Shown in pieces: positions 47,872-58,335 of a stretch of DNA of 64,000 nt. The position numbers and the translations under genes are program-made. Numbering within the stretch: position 1 is the stretch's first letter; each line of letters opens with the position of its first letter. Origin of the DNA: Mobula hypostoma (taxonomy: Eukaryota); NCBI RefSeq assembly GCF_963921235.1, contig NC_086097.1, positions 16,740,001 to 16,804,000 on the forward strand. The letters are read 5' to 3'. The notes under the pieces are model-generated. The model saw nothing but the letters and a program-made list of their open reading frames with translations. It was not told the origin of the DNA and did not search any database.

Positions 47872-48161
47872 AGCACGTGGCCAAGTGGTTAGGGCATTGG
47901 ACTAGCGATCTGAAGGTCATGGGTTCAAGCCTTGGCCGAGGTAGCGTGTGGGTCCTTGAGCGAGGCACTTAACCACGCAATGCTCCAGTCTACCCAGCTG
48001 AGGATGGGTACCAGCAAAAATGTAGGGGTTTAACCTCGCGATAGATTGGCGTCCTATCCGAGGGGGAGTCTTGTACTCTCAGTCGCTTCACACCATGGAA
48101 ACCAGCATAAGCACCAGCATGATGGGCCACAAGGCTCGTGACAGACTTTAATCTTTTTTAA
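47872..48161 (+). mobile_element. tRNA-derived SINE with 8-bp TSD, distinct from the V-SINE-like copies
   Basis: A box TGGCCAAGTGG (47878-88), B box GGTTCAAGCC (47922-31); ATACTTCA at 47864-71 and 48162-69. Confidence 0.85.
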
Positions 48162-48319
48162 ATACTTCAGTCAACCTGAGAATGCTTTTGAGGTGATCTT
48201 GCTGGAATGTAGAAAGGCAGGCAGCATTTGTTTCTGTCTGCTTATTTTTCATATGCAAAAATATACACTGAATGTTGCAGGACAGGAAGGAAAAAAAAAC
48301 CACAACTGACCTCATCCCC

Positions 48320-48610
48320 CTCAATCAGGATCCGATTTATTATCACTGACGTGTATCATGAGAAATTAGTTGGTTTGCAGCAGCAGTACGGCACTAAGAC
48401 GCTATTATAAACTACAGAATTAAACTGTTGAAGAAATGGAATAACAAACATGGATTCATGGGCTGTTCAAAAATCTGATGGCACAGGAGAAGAAACTTCT
48501 GGATCATTGAGTGTAGGTCTTCAGGGCCCTGTACCTCTTCCCTGATGATATTAATGTGAAGCAGGAACATCTGGATAGTGAGGTTCCTTTGCTAAGGATA
48601 GTGCCTTCTT
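48320..48610 (-). mobile_element. Rex1-like LINE 3' fragment
   Basis: aatcaggatccgatttattatcactgac tail; ttcagggccctgtacctcttccctgatg. Confidence 0.6.
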
Positions 48611-49721
48611 GCGTGATTGATTCATAGTTTGGCAACAACCTTCACTGAATTTAGTGTAAGTAAAGAAATGAGCTGGTGATTCTGCATGGCAATTTTCCTC
48701 TCACGTACAATCCTGTTGGCAAGATTATAGGAGCACCATTTTTTTGGGGCACATTATAGCTTATGCTGGAAGTTCAGGTGGTAAAACTGTTGGGATCATT
48801 AATACAGCTTTAAAATTATTAACTTTCAGATTGCCCAAATATACTTTGTCTTCAAATATGTTGGAGAATATTTAGCTTAACTGTCAGTTCAGCTTTGCAC
48901 GCTGTTGGCAGCAGTAGCCAAGATCATGGCACCATGGGTGGCTCTATTGCTCAGGAGGGCAGGGAAGAGTTATCGTGGTAGGAGATTCAATGGTAAAGGG
49001 AATAGAAGAGTTTTGTGGTCGCCAATGGGACTGTTTGTCACGCAGAATAGGTCCTTCCATCTTTCGAGCCTCGATGCTTAGCATTCCCTCTGATTTAATT
49101 CTAGCCTAATCACAGGGCAATTTACAATGACCAATTAACCTACCAACCAGTAGGTCTCTTGACTGTGGAAGGAAACCTTGCAGGCAGCAGCGGGAATTGA
49201 ATTTGGGTTGCCAGGATTGTATAGCGTTGTGCTAGCCACTACTCTACCTTGCTGCCCCAAAGACTGTCATAACACAGGTTCTCAAGTCACAGCAGCATCC
49301 TTGTAAGTTTTTTCAGTCACTCTTCCAATCTTATTAATATTTCCTGTAGGTAGGTAACCAGAACTGCACACAATACCCCAAATTTGGTCTCAACATAAAC
49401 TTATCAACATAAATTCCAAGGAAATGCGATGTTAAATTCAGGCTAATCTAGTTTTTTCAGTGCTTTTGAGGTTACCACAGTTGAGCAAAATCTCTCTTGC
49501 TGCTGGGACAGTATTTTAGGAAACTAGAGGAGTACTGCATTTTGAATGGAATTATCATTCATTTTTGCTATGAAGATTATATTATTTCAAGTATTCTTGA
49601 ATGAAATACTTTCTGCCACTAGATGGCAATAATGTGCCAACAATGCTAGATACTAATCTCTGGCCCAAGAGGCAACAGCAGCTGCCTGTTCTCAAACCTC
49701 AGTCTCAGTTGATTGAGGGTT

Positions 49722-51026
49722 TAACATAGAAACATAGAAAATAGGTGCAGGAGTAGGCCATTCGGCCCTTCGAGCCTGCACCGCCATTTATTATGATCAT
49801 GGCTGATCATCCAACCCTGCACCAGCCTTCCCTCCATACCCCCTGATCCCCGTAGCCACAAGGACCATATCTAACTCCCTCTTAAATATAGCCAATGAAC
49901 TGGCCTCAACTGTTTCCTGTGGCAGAGAATTCCACAGATTCACCACTCTCTGCGTGAAGAAGTTTTTCCTAATCTCGGTCCTAAAAGGCTTCCCCTTTAT
50001 CCTCAAACTGTGACCCCTCGTTCTGGACTTCCCCAACATCAGGAACAATCTTCCTGCATCTAGCCTGTCCAATCCCTTTAGGATTTTATACGTTTCAATC
50101 AGATCCCCCCCTCAATCTTCTAAATTCCAACGAGTACAAGCCCAGTTCATCCAGTCTTTCTTCATATGCAAGTCCTGCCATCCCAGTAATCAATCTGGTG
50201 AACCTTCTTTGTACTCCCTCTATGGCAAGGATGTCTTTCCTCAGATTAGGGGACCAAAACTGCACACAATACTCCAGGTGTGGTCTCACCAAGGCCTTGT
50301 ACAACTGCAGTAGTACCTCCCTGCTCCTGTACTCGAAACCTCTCGCTATAAATGCCAGCATACCAGTCGCCTTTTTCACCGCCTGCTGTACCTGCATGCC
50401 CACTTTCAATGACTGGTGTATAATGACACCCAGGTCTCGTTGCACCTCCCCTTTTCCTAATCGGCCACCATTCAGATAATAATCTGTTTTCCTATTTTTG
50501 CCACCAAAGTGGATAACTTCACATTTATCCACATTAAATTGCATCTGCCATGAATTTGCCCACTCACCCAACCTATCCAAGTCACCCTGCATCCTCTTAG
50601 CATCCTCCTCACAACTAACACTGCCACCCAGCTTCGTGTCATCCGCAAACTTGGAGATGCTGCATTTAATTCCCTTATCCAAGTCATTAATATATATTGT
50701 AAACAACTGAGGTCCCAGCACTGAGCCTTGCGGTACCCCACTAGTCACTGCCTGCCATTCTGAAACGGTCCTGTTTATTCCCACTCTTTGCTTCCTGTCT
50801 GCTAACCAATTCTCTATCCACATCAATACCTTACCCCCAATACCGTGTGCTTTAAGTTTGCACACTATTCTCCTGTGTGGGACCTTGTCAAAAACCTTCT
50901 GAAAATCCAAATATACCACATCCACTGGTTCTCCCCTATCCACTCTACTAGTTACATCCTCAAAAAATTCTATGAGATTCGTCAGACATGATTTTCCTTT
51001 CACAAATCCATGCTGACTTTGTCCGA
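49722..51026 (-). mobile_element. Young 5'-truncated CR1 LINE (RT)
   Basis: ORF 50095..51003 with YLDFQKVFDKV, GVPQGSVLGP and FADD; one frameshift in a C-run near 50105; (AACATAGA)n tail at 49722. Confidence 0.93.
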
Positions 51027-52167
51027 AAGACTATATATGCAAGGCTTGACTAGACCTTTACTTTGGAAGCATGGTGTCAGCTGACAACTGATCTTCAATG
51101 TGGGCCTTAAAGACAAAGGCCCATAAATTGCAATTTGGTTTGACACAGACAGCATCTTGGAGACAGTGAGATATCTTCAAATGCTCACAAGACTTCTTTC
51201 TTCCTCTTCCTCATTTCTACCATTCAAAAAATTAAGTATTTATATAATTGTGTTATAGGTCTAACATTCTCTTTTACAGTTGAAAACCTTTCTTTCCCCA
51301 ACTTTTTTTCTGCCTAATTTTTTGGTATCACTAAATCTGGCTTTACTGCTTTTTAAAAAAGAAGATTTTGTCTGCATATATGGTTCCCTACCTTTGTAAC
51401 TTGCTGCATCTTCATTTCTCACCTGTCTACTTTAAAACTTGAGCTTATGCACTGTGACATTATGGATGAGGTGGAAATATGGATGGCCCCTGAAAGAGAC
51501 AGACGCTGTGGCACCTGAAGCATTAGTCTTTCTTTCCCCTTTGCACATTGCTGGTATAACATTTCCACTATTTAAAATTTATGTTGCGTAGTGGAAATGT
51601 AATGGAACTCCTGCAGCTCCTTCACCAATTATTTCTTGCAGCCAGTGTCTCTTAAAACTCCCATCTTAATATTCAAACTGTGGCTGAATAATTTATTAAA
51701 AACCCTAACATTTTCACATGTTTTCCTTCTGAACTGTTCAATTATAAATAATTTAGCAGATGCTGGAAAACCTGAGTAACACGTACAAAATGCTGGAGGT
51801 CAGCAGGTCAGGCAGCATCGATGGAGGAGAATAAACATGAACAGTTTTGTTGGAAAGCTTTCAGACCACAACATCAACTGCTTATTCTTTTCCATAGATG
51901 CTATCAAACCTGCTGAGCTCCTCCAGCATTTTAATTTTATCGTAAGCAGGCTATGTAAATCTGTTAGTCTTTAGTTGCTTCTCTGCTGCCTCCTTTGGCT
52001 ATTAATTCTAATTGATAATGCACCTATTTTTAATACCTGAACTCTGAACAGTATTGTGGCAAGTCATCTAGTTTCCTAATAGAAATGAAATTTCTGATTG
52101 TAGTGTGATTCATTTCACCTTCTCAATCAAGTTAACAAAGCTACTCTTGCTGTTTTTTAACCTCCAG

Positions 52168-52257
52168 CTATTGATGTGTGGGACTGGAAATATCAATGTA
52201 CCTGATTTCAAGACTCATGCTGTAATTGTTGGAGGGTCCTGGCATTTCCGAGAGAAG
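52168..52257 (+). CDS. AREL1: AREL1 coding exon 14 in window (HECT hinge)
   Basis: cag|CTA...AAG|gtaagc. LLMCGTGNINVPDFKTHAVIVGGSWHFREK. 90 nt. Confidence 0.96.
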
Positions 52258-52461
52258 GTAAGCCTAGGTATTAACAAAACTGGGAGCTACAGGGAAATGG
52301 TTGGTACAGGCCAGACCGTCCGATGTAATAAGAAAATGAAGCTATAATAAGAGATGCATAGTCAGAGTAGAATTAAGCAGTAGAAGCGAATTTTGGGTTC
52401 TACTAGAAGTTGTATACAACATCCTGCTTGCATTGTGAAATGGTAGATTGCAGAACCGGAA

Positions 52462-53660
52462 GCAAGTTCATTATCACTTATGTATGTCATGAAATTTGTT
52501 GTCTTGTGGCAGCAGTAAAAGCTACTAGAAGACCATAAGACATAGGAGCAGAATTACAGTAAGTTACATTATGAAATAGAATAATAGGGCAAAATCTAGA
52601 TACAGTGAGTAACTGTGCATGGGTTTATGGATTATTCAGAAAAAAAACATGAGATGGGGATAAGCTTCTCTTAAAACATTGAGTGTGCTTCTTCAGGCTC
52701 CTGTACCACCTCCCTGATGGTAAGACCATAAGACATAGGAGCAGAATTAGGCCATTTGAACCATTGTTTCTGATAAACTATTCAGTAGTGTCTTGGCTTC
52801 CACAGCTGTCTGTTGCAATGAATTCAACTGATTCACCACCCTACGGCTAAAGAAATTCCTCCTCATCCATTCTGAGATGATTCTATTCCTTCTATTCTGA
52901 GGCTGTGCCCAATGTTCCTAGACTCTCCCTTTATTGGTAATAATGAGAAGAAGGTGTGTCCTGGAATATAAGACCATAAGACAAAGGAGCAGAAGTCGGC
53001 CATTCGGCCCATTGAGTATGAGGGTCCTTAATGATGGATTCCACCTTCTTGAGGCACTGCCTTTTGAAGATGTCCTCAGTAGTGGGGAGGCTTGTGCCTG
53101 TGATGGAGCAAGTTGAGTTTACAACCTTTTGTAGCCTTTTTCAATCCCGAGCATTGGAGCCTCCATACCAGGTGGTGATGCAACCAGTCAGAAAGCTCTT
53201 CATGCCATTTCTGTGGAAATTTGCTAGGCCCTTTGGTGTACCAAATTTCCTCAAAATCTTATAAAGTGGAGCCGCTGGTGTGTCTTTGTGATTACACCAA
53301 TGAGCTGGGCTCAGGAACTTGAAGCTGCCAATCCTTTCCACTGCTGACTCCTCAATGAGGACTGGTGTGTGTTCTGCCCAACATCCACTCCTGAAGTCCG
53401 CACTCAATTCCTTGTTGGCTAAGCACGCATCCTTGAGGTATGTCCGTGTTGATTGTCAGTAAGGAGGAGAAGTTGTTACTGATCTGCTCTGAATGTAGTC
53501 TCCCAGTGCGGAAGTCAGGGATCCAGTTGCAGAAGGAAGTACAGAGGTCCAAGTTTTGAAGTTTGTTGATTAGTCCTGAAAGGATGATGGTGTTGACTGC
53601 TGAGCCATAATCAATAAACAGCAGCCTGACAGAGATATTGCTGTTGTCCAGGTACTCTTC
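52462..53660 (-). mobile_element. Rex1/Babar-like LINE RT fragment carrying three short CR1 3'-end inserts
   Basis: VRLLFIDYGSAVNTII..CNWIPDF..PQGCVLS (53352..53765) and LTGCITTWYG (53141..53407); TAAGACCATAAGAC tails at ~52529, ~52721 and ~52969. Confidence 0.8.
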
Positions 53661-54997
53661 TTGGGCACCAGTATGATTGATGCCTTTTAAGGTAGGTGGG
53701 AACCTTCGACTGCACCAATAAGAGGCTGAAGAAGGAGGCTCACAATAATATGTTCCAAAGAGCAAAATATATTTGATTTAATATCAAATAAAACTAACTA
53801 TATATAACAATCTAACTATATTTAACAATAAGTACATGAACATTTATCTAATAGCAATCTTAATTTGAAGTTCTAGTCTTGTATTCATAAGAAACGAGAG
53901 TAGATTATATGGACCCTTGAACTGTTCTGCAGTTCAATGGGATTATGGTTGAAATTGTACCTTGTCTAGTTCCCCAAACCCTCTGATTCCCTGAGTGCTT
54001 TGAAATCTGTTGATATCAACTGTTCATCAGCAAATGATTATCCACAACCTCTGTGGTAGAAAATGTCACAAACTTCCAGCCCCTGTTAAAGAAACTTCTT
54101 GTCTCTACCTCAATGACTGCTATCTTCTCCTGAGAGCTTGTCCCCAGTTTTAAAGGCTCCAGTTGCCATCATAATTGCTGGGAAGTTGCAGGGATAGTCA
54201 CAAAAGTTACTTTGATAGCTGATTCATTCCAAAGGCATGGTTTAACTGGCTGTCAAATTATTTCTGTTGATTAATCTGATTTGGGCAGTACCGAGTAATG
54301 CTAGTTATAGTTGAGAAACACTGCTCAGAGTCACGAGGACCAGGACAGAGTCATTTTCAGGAACCAAGTTGTCTCATAAGAACATGCATGATCTAAGTTC
54401 AGACTATTACTGGTTCCCAGAAAACTTCAAGCTAAAGTCTCACATGATGAAAAACTAGTAAACGGTGGGCTGAAGGATTTGGTGTGGTGCTTCATAAGTT
54501 TGGGGGCCTTTACGACAAAAGAGTCTTTATTGTACGATAAGCAAGTCATTTGAAAATTGTGCAGGCCTTTGGTACTATCTCTTTGGTGGGGAGAATATAA
54601 CTGTTTCTTTGCTGTACGATTCTATGATTCTAATTGTGCAAGATGGATTTCTGGAGTGTGACGCTGTCTGTCAGAAGATGTTTGAGAGTGGTTTTGCTGT
54701 TTGAGGTCAGACACTCTCAATCACGTCACAATTGCTTCAAGGATCTGATTGTTGTTAGCAGATCTATTCTAGGTAAGTAGAGGCCTAGCAGCTAGGCTGC
54801 GGGAGTCAATGATTTGGTGTTGAATCAGTATAAGTGAAAAGGTGATCATATTTGATACCTAACTTGTCAAAATTGCTGCCAGATTTGTGGCATAGAAAAT
54901 ATCAATCTTTTTCCACTACAAGTCTTAAATCATCTGTCTTTTTTTCTCCCCACTGCCTCTGTCTCTGCACCCTCTCCCTCCCCGACCTCCATCACAG

Positions 54998-55173
54998 GTA
55001 ATGAAGTGGTTCTGGACAGTGGTGTCCAGTTTCACTCAAGAGGAACTTGCTCGGTTGTTGCAGTTCACAACGGGCTCTTCCCAGCTGCCGCCAGGAGGAT
55101 TTGTGGCAATGTGCCCGTCTTTTCAGATCATTGCAGCACCAACGCAGAGTTCCTTGCCCACAGCCCATACATG
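54998..55173 (+). CDS. AREL1: AREL1 coding exon 15 in window (HECT C-lobe)
   Basis: cag|GTA...ACA TG|gtgagt. VMKWFWTVVSSFTQEELARLLQFTTGSSQLPPGGFVAMCPSFQIIAAPTQSSLPTAHT(C). 176 nt. Confidence 0.96.
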
Positions 55174-55362
55174 GTGAGTGCTTCAGCAAATGGCATATAA
55201 CTGTGGGTACAGATGTGGGTGAATGTCACATATAGTAGTGTCAACTTAAAAATGACAACGTAATTTTTTTTTCTTCCACCTGAACCATCACCCATAACCA
55301 CATCTCCAAGTCGTTATGAGGAAGACGGTGGTAAGGAATTAGATTCCATTGGCAATGCACTG

Positions 55363-55870
55363 ACATAAGATCATAAGATGTAGGAGCAGAGTTGGGCCAT
55401 TTGGCCCGTTGAGTCTGCCCTGCCATTTCATCATGGCTGATCCATTTTCCCTCTCAGCCCCAATCTCCTGTCATCTCTCCGTATCCCTTCATACCCTGAC
55501 TGGTAACAAACTTATCAACCTCTGCCTTAAATATACCAATGATTTCACTTTCACAGCTACCTGTGGCAACAAACTCCATAGATTCACCACTCCCTGGTTA
55601 AAGAAATTCATCCTCATCTGTTCTAAAAGGACACCCCTCTATTCTGAGGCTGTGTCCTCTGGTCTTAGACTTCTCCACCATTGGATACATCCTCTCCACA
55701 TCCACTCTATAGAGACCTTTCAACATTTGATAGGTTTCAATGAAGTCACCCAGAGCCTTCTGAATTCCAGTGAGTACAGACCCAGAGCCATCAAATGCTC
55801 CTCATGTGACAAGCCTTTCAATCTCAGAATCATTTTCATAAAACTTCTTTGAACCCTCTCCAATGTCAGT
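55363..55870 (-). mobile_element. CR1 LINE 3' fragment
   Basis: cataagatcataagat tail; same family as 42920-43350. Confidence 0.8.
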
Positions 55871-56268
55871 ACATAATATTATTTTATTAGATAATTTTAT
55901 TCCTTGCTGTGAATTGGAGCATTAAAATGGAGGAGGCTAAGAGGAAAGAGCTGGGGACTAAACAGCAAGTAATATGAGAGGCAATGAAAGGGAAAATGAA
56001 GAGGGCAGAAGCAGGGGTGATATAGAAATGAGAGGAAAAAGACTTAACAGAATAATATAAACTTTATACAAGCCACCTAATAAATAATTAACTATTTTAA
56101 TAAAAAGATAATTAAATTTGATCATCTCAACATGTAAATAAGAGACATTTCAAAAATGGTGTTGATATTTAGCAGCGAAAGTCAAGCATTTTAATGATAA
56201 TGGAGAAAAAAGAAGCTGATTCTATGCTTTTAATTTTTGGACTGACAATTCTTTGTTTCCATCTCTAG

Positions 56269-56371
56269 CTTTAACCAGTTGTGCCTTCCAACTTACGATT
56301 CCTATGAAGAGCTGCATAAAATGCTAAAACTGGCCATTAATGAAGGCAGTGAAGGGTTTGGAATGCTGTAA
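56269..56371 (+). CDS. AREL1: AREL1 terminal coding exon
   Basis: tag|C TTT AAC...CTG TAA. (C)[33 protein letters not shown], with the HECT -4 Phe and stop at 56369-71. Confidence 0.96.
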
Positions 56372-57931
56372 TTCTGAAGTTTTTAAGGACACAATGATCT
56401 ATCCATTGGAAGATAGTATAGGAACCAGGATCAGGACAGTTAAAAGATTGAAGATCACTGTGGATTCTCCCTATCTGCCAAATGGACATGGATTGAGCAA
56501 CGATTCTCTATTATTGTAACTTGAGTCTTCAGTCACTGGGCAAACAGGTTTGAAAGTTGTGGAGAAGTCGATACGGTACAGTTAATGTTTTCCAAATGAC
56601 TTGGCAAGCAACTAGGTGGACAAGTGCTCAGTTCCAAAATAGAAACAGAAGTTTCACAATCTGTGGTCGAAGTGATCCTTCTGCATTCATCTAATTTACC
56701 AATGGCTTAATCTGGGAGATCCTTTGAAGATTCTATCATCTGACTGGAAGTAAGAGGAGTACTCTGAATGCTCTGTCACTAAGCTCTTTGTTAAATGGCT
56801 TCTGTGGCATACAACATTCCGTGTCCACCTCCGGATTCAAGAAATCTGATGGCCTTGTGATGGAATGAAACACTTGACTATGAAGGAAACTGCAAATTCT
56901 ATCTCCCAAATTCTCCCATTGACTGAGCTTTCATCAAACTGTTGGCCTTTTCTTTATGACCGAGCTTTACAACCAACCTCACAAACTTCTGAATACTGCA
57001 CATTTTCTGAGTTGTTGTTATTGATCCACGAGGTTAATATTAGCCAAACAGGGATTTCGGCCAAACACAGGGTCATGAGTAAGAAATAACTGTTTAGAAG
57101 CAATGTTTTATTCAAGTCTCCAGATATTCAAGTACATTGTTAAAATAATTCTGTTAAATGAAATGGAAGGACAATGAGTTGATTAGTAATGAAGAGGTGG
57201 AAGGACTTGCATGTATTCAGCGGATATTTGTAAATAGAATACTGCACATTATTCACAAAAAGTTCCAGAGATCTCAATGCAACCTAAGCAAGCCTCCTTC
57301 CCTGCACCATCACATTTCACAATTCTATATCAAATTCTCTAAAAGATCATGTTAGGAACATTGTTATGAGGACCTCTTTAGAAAGAAGTAATTGTATAAT
57401 GTAGTTGAGATGCATGTTGTATCAGGTTGTGGTATATTACAGATAATTTGAATGGTAAGTTAGTAAATTATTATTAAGTGTAAGCAAATGTGTTTGAAGA
57501 CAGGTTTCCTGCAAAGTTGAAGAGCAACTAGGCTGCATTGATCCAGCTTTACTTAAAATTACAGGGACATTGTAAAGTGAAAAGAAGACAGAATATCTTT
57601 GACTTCAGTTAGAGAACAGCTGCTGGGTATAAAATCAGAAATAGAATGAAAGGTGTGTTCAAAATAGTGTTCCTTGTCCTTTATCTAACTCAACCTTTTT
57701 CTGTTGTCTCTCGTGTCATACAATATATCAGGAAGCAGGAAGCACAGCAGTTCTGTTTATCGTTAATTTTCTCTCTCACATTTACACAAAATGAAATCTT
57801 GCCTTGCTGTCCTTAACGTTCCTCCACTGTGTTTGTCCAGGTCTCGGTATAGATTAGATATGAAGGGATGCAACGTACATGATCAAGAAAAAAAAATATG
57901 AGAATGATTTTAATACTATTAATTTATTACA

Positions 57932-57937
57932 AATAAA
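57932..57937 (+). terminator. Candidate AREL1 polyadenylation signal
   Basis: First AATAAA I found after the stop codon (~1.56 kb downstream), in an AT-rich context; not verified. Confidence 0.4.
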
Positions 57938-58199
57938 GGCAGTACTTTGTAAACTCTTTCTCACAATTGCCTTAACATTAACTAGTGATCTTGGAGTTCT
58001 AAGGTTACAAAAATCATCGTTTCACTTGCAGAACATAGTCCCTTGTAAACAAAGAGGAATTTTACATTTTCTAAAATTACATCCAAAGTATATGGCACAA
58101 AATACTTATTCCTACTGACATTCTATTTTTCTCTTTTAATTTCTCCCCTCTTCTTATTTTTAACTTTTAATCATGCTTTTCCTCTTTGTTTTTCTATCT

Positions 58200-58335
58200 C
58201 AGAGTCACAGAAAAGTACAGCATGGAAACAGGCCCTTTGGCTTGTCTAGTCCATGCAGAACCATTTAAACTGTCTATTCCCATCATCCTGCACCAGGTCC
58301 ATCACCCACCATACCCCTACAATCCACGTAACTAT
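58200..58335 (-). mobile_element. CR1 LINE 3' end fragment
   Basis: agagtcacagaaaagtacagcatggaaacaggccctttggc matches the reverse of a CR1 3' end (compare 9220-9260). Confidence 0.65.

Noticed and set aside
47872..47942. Possible tRNA gene
   Set aside because: It has A/B boxes but no convincing acceptor stem, and it continues into a SINE body bounded by a TSD.
52520..53020. CRISPR-like spaced direct repeats
   Set aside because: The repeats are CR1 3' tails at irregular spacing in a eukaryotic intron, and there are no cas genes.
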